Assembly: GCA_013115145.1 (NCBI GenBank) | Contig: JAAPAO010000308.1 | Coordinates: forward strand, 1-40,888 | Length of the DNA stretch: 40,888 nt | Source of the DNA: Perkinsus chesapeaki ATCC PRA-425 | Lineage: Eukaryota > Protista > Perkinsozoa | Reading direction: 5' to 3' | Shown here: positions 39,816 to 40,888 of the stretch, piece after piece | Layout: every line of letters begins with the position of its first letter | Numbering within the stretch: the first letter of the stretch is position 1 | The notes under the pieces: generated by a model | What the model was told of the DNA's origin: nothing | The model's input: only the letters and a program-made list of their open reading frames with translations | The model's database searches: none | Made by a program: the position numbers and the translations under genes

Positions 39816-39835
39816 AGACCCACTGGGTGACCCAG
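39816..39835. repeat. Trimmed scar, inferred 8-mer AGACCCAG
   Basis: agaccca-c-tgggt-gacccag; it overlaps the next scar by 2 bp. Confidence 0.7.
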
Positions 39836-39855
39836 CCTGGCCCAGGCTGCCTGGG
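39834..39855. repeat. 22-bp scar, inferred 8-mer AGCCTGGG (perfect)
   Basis: agcctgg-c-ccaggc-t-gcctggg. Confidence 0.9.
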
Positions 39856-40183
39856 TGGCACGAGTAAAAATGTGTGCCATCCTGGGCGAAGGCTTCGGGT
39901 GTGGTGGGCGGAGCAGGAGTTTGTTGTAGTTGCTCACAAAAGAGGTTGAGACGCATATTACAACCGTGGTCATGATCATTGCTGAGAATAAACAGTGTGT
40001 GTTGAGGCTACGCTTATGGTTGGACTGACCAGGTCAGCGGAGGAGAGTTGGTGATAGCTGCGATGAAAGGGAGAGCAGTTGCAACAGTTTAAGATTCTAG
40101 TGTAGTCTAGAAACTTCTCCCGTAGTAATGCTAGGTTTGCGGTATAGTATGTGCCGCACACACTATAATGGTATAAGGTATAA

Positions 40184-40216
40184 GGTCAATGGCGCACACA
40201 GTGTGCGCCATTGACC
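40184..40216. repeat. Perfect 33-bp palindrome with a single-base centre
   Basis: ggtcaatggcgcacac-a-gtgtgcgccattgacc. Confidence 0.95.
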
Positions 40217-40293
40217 CGCACGTGTGCTAGCACGCGTGCTCATTGTGTGGTCGGAGCGGCTCCGCCGGGGTGACCCTCGCGGGGTCCGGATCG

Positions 40294-40332
40294 AGACGTC
40301 GATTGATACTATGATAGTATCAATCGACGTCT
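40294..40332. repeat. Perfect 39-bp palindrome with a single-base centre
   Basis: agacgtcgattgatactat-g-atagtatcaatcgacgtct. Confidence 0.95.
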
Positions 40333-40422
40333 GATAGTGTTAGTATCCAGGCAGGCAATACAGCTTCGAGGTACAGTTGCTTGAGACCTCGGAGACAAGT
40401 AATGAAGCGTAGGTGAGGCTAA

Positions 40423-40444
40423 CTTCGCAGTGAGAAGTTCTCAC
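40423..40444. repeat. 22-bp scar, inferred 8-mer CTTCTCAC (1 mismatch)
   Basis: cttc(g)ca-g-tgagaa-g-ttctcac. Confidence 0.75.
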
Positions 40445-40888
40445 CAACAGCACGGATAAAAGATTCCGGTGAATCTTCTCTTTTGCGACTCACACCGTAC
40501 GTGGGCGCGATATAAAGACTCGTAGCTACATGTGGCCGAACGGGATCGAATCACATAAAATATAGCAGGCAAACAGCTACAAACGGCATAAACAGAAGGA
40601 AGGCAGTAACCCCCTACCACAATGGCGGTTGCATGGGTTTCCGCGCAGACGAACTTGTGGTGGAAAGTTGAAAGGCTACCGCAGAAGGTCCCGGAAGAAA
40701 GTGAGAGCATCCTTGAGAACGGGGTGCTGACAGACCCTCTTCACGCTCACCGTGACACGGTGCTACAGTGCCCTGTGCCCTTAGGATCTCCCGTTTCCGA
40801 AATTTCCGTATATTTCTGATAAGCGGATTGAGCTTGCGAATGTAGCGGCTGTGAAATCTCCAGAGATTAAGGGAGTACCGCACGCACA

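Noticed and set aside
39531-40883. Short ORFs upstream of NVL
   Set aside because: They have no recognisable motifs, overlap on both strands and run through scar- and palindrome-rich DNA.

Overview
This is an intron-rich eukaryotic contig. The short (~40-50 nt) GT-AG introns, the gene families and the composition look like Perkinsus or a related alveolate; that is inference, not a database match. Recognisable genes: a long-chain acyl-CoA synthetase (-), a BI-1/TMBIM membrane protein (-), a WRNIP1/MgsA AAA+ ATPase (+), two tandem GT17-like glycosyltransferases (-), an NVL/Rix7 double-AAA ATPase (-), and several lineage-specific ORFs including a 567-aa intronless secreted protein between two 249-bp direct repeats. 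One GT17 copy is decayed; the other appears intact, carries an antisense tRNA-Arg(ACG) in an intron and has a C-terminal hevein-like domain. The most striking signal is not a gene. A 22-bp structure recurs in non-coding DNA, built from a different 8-mer N1..N8 each time: N1-7, complement of N8, reverse complement of N2-7, complement of N1, N2-8. I found six perfect copies, three with one mismatch, and some partial ones. This is the product expected when an 8-bp-TSD, hairpin-forming (hAT-type) transposon excises and the two opened hairpins rejoin through their shared microhomology. One site has its single-copy 8-mer preserved in a duplicated segment in this window. Exon boundaries and all scans were done by eye, so they are approximate and probably incomplete.
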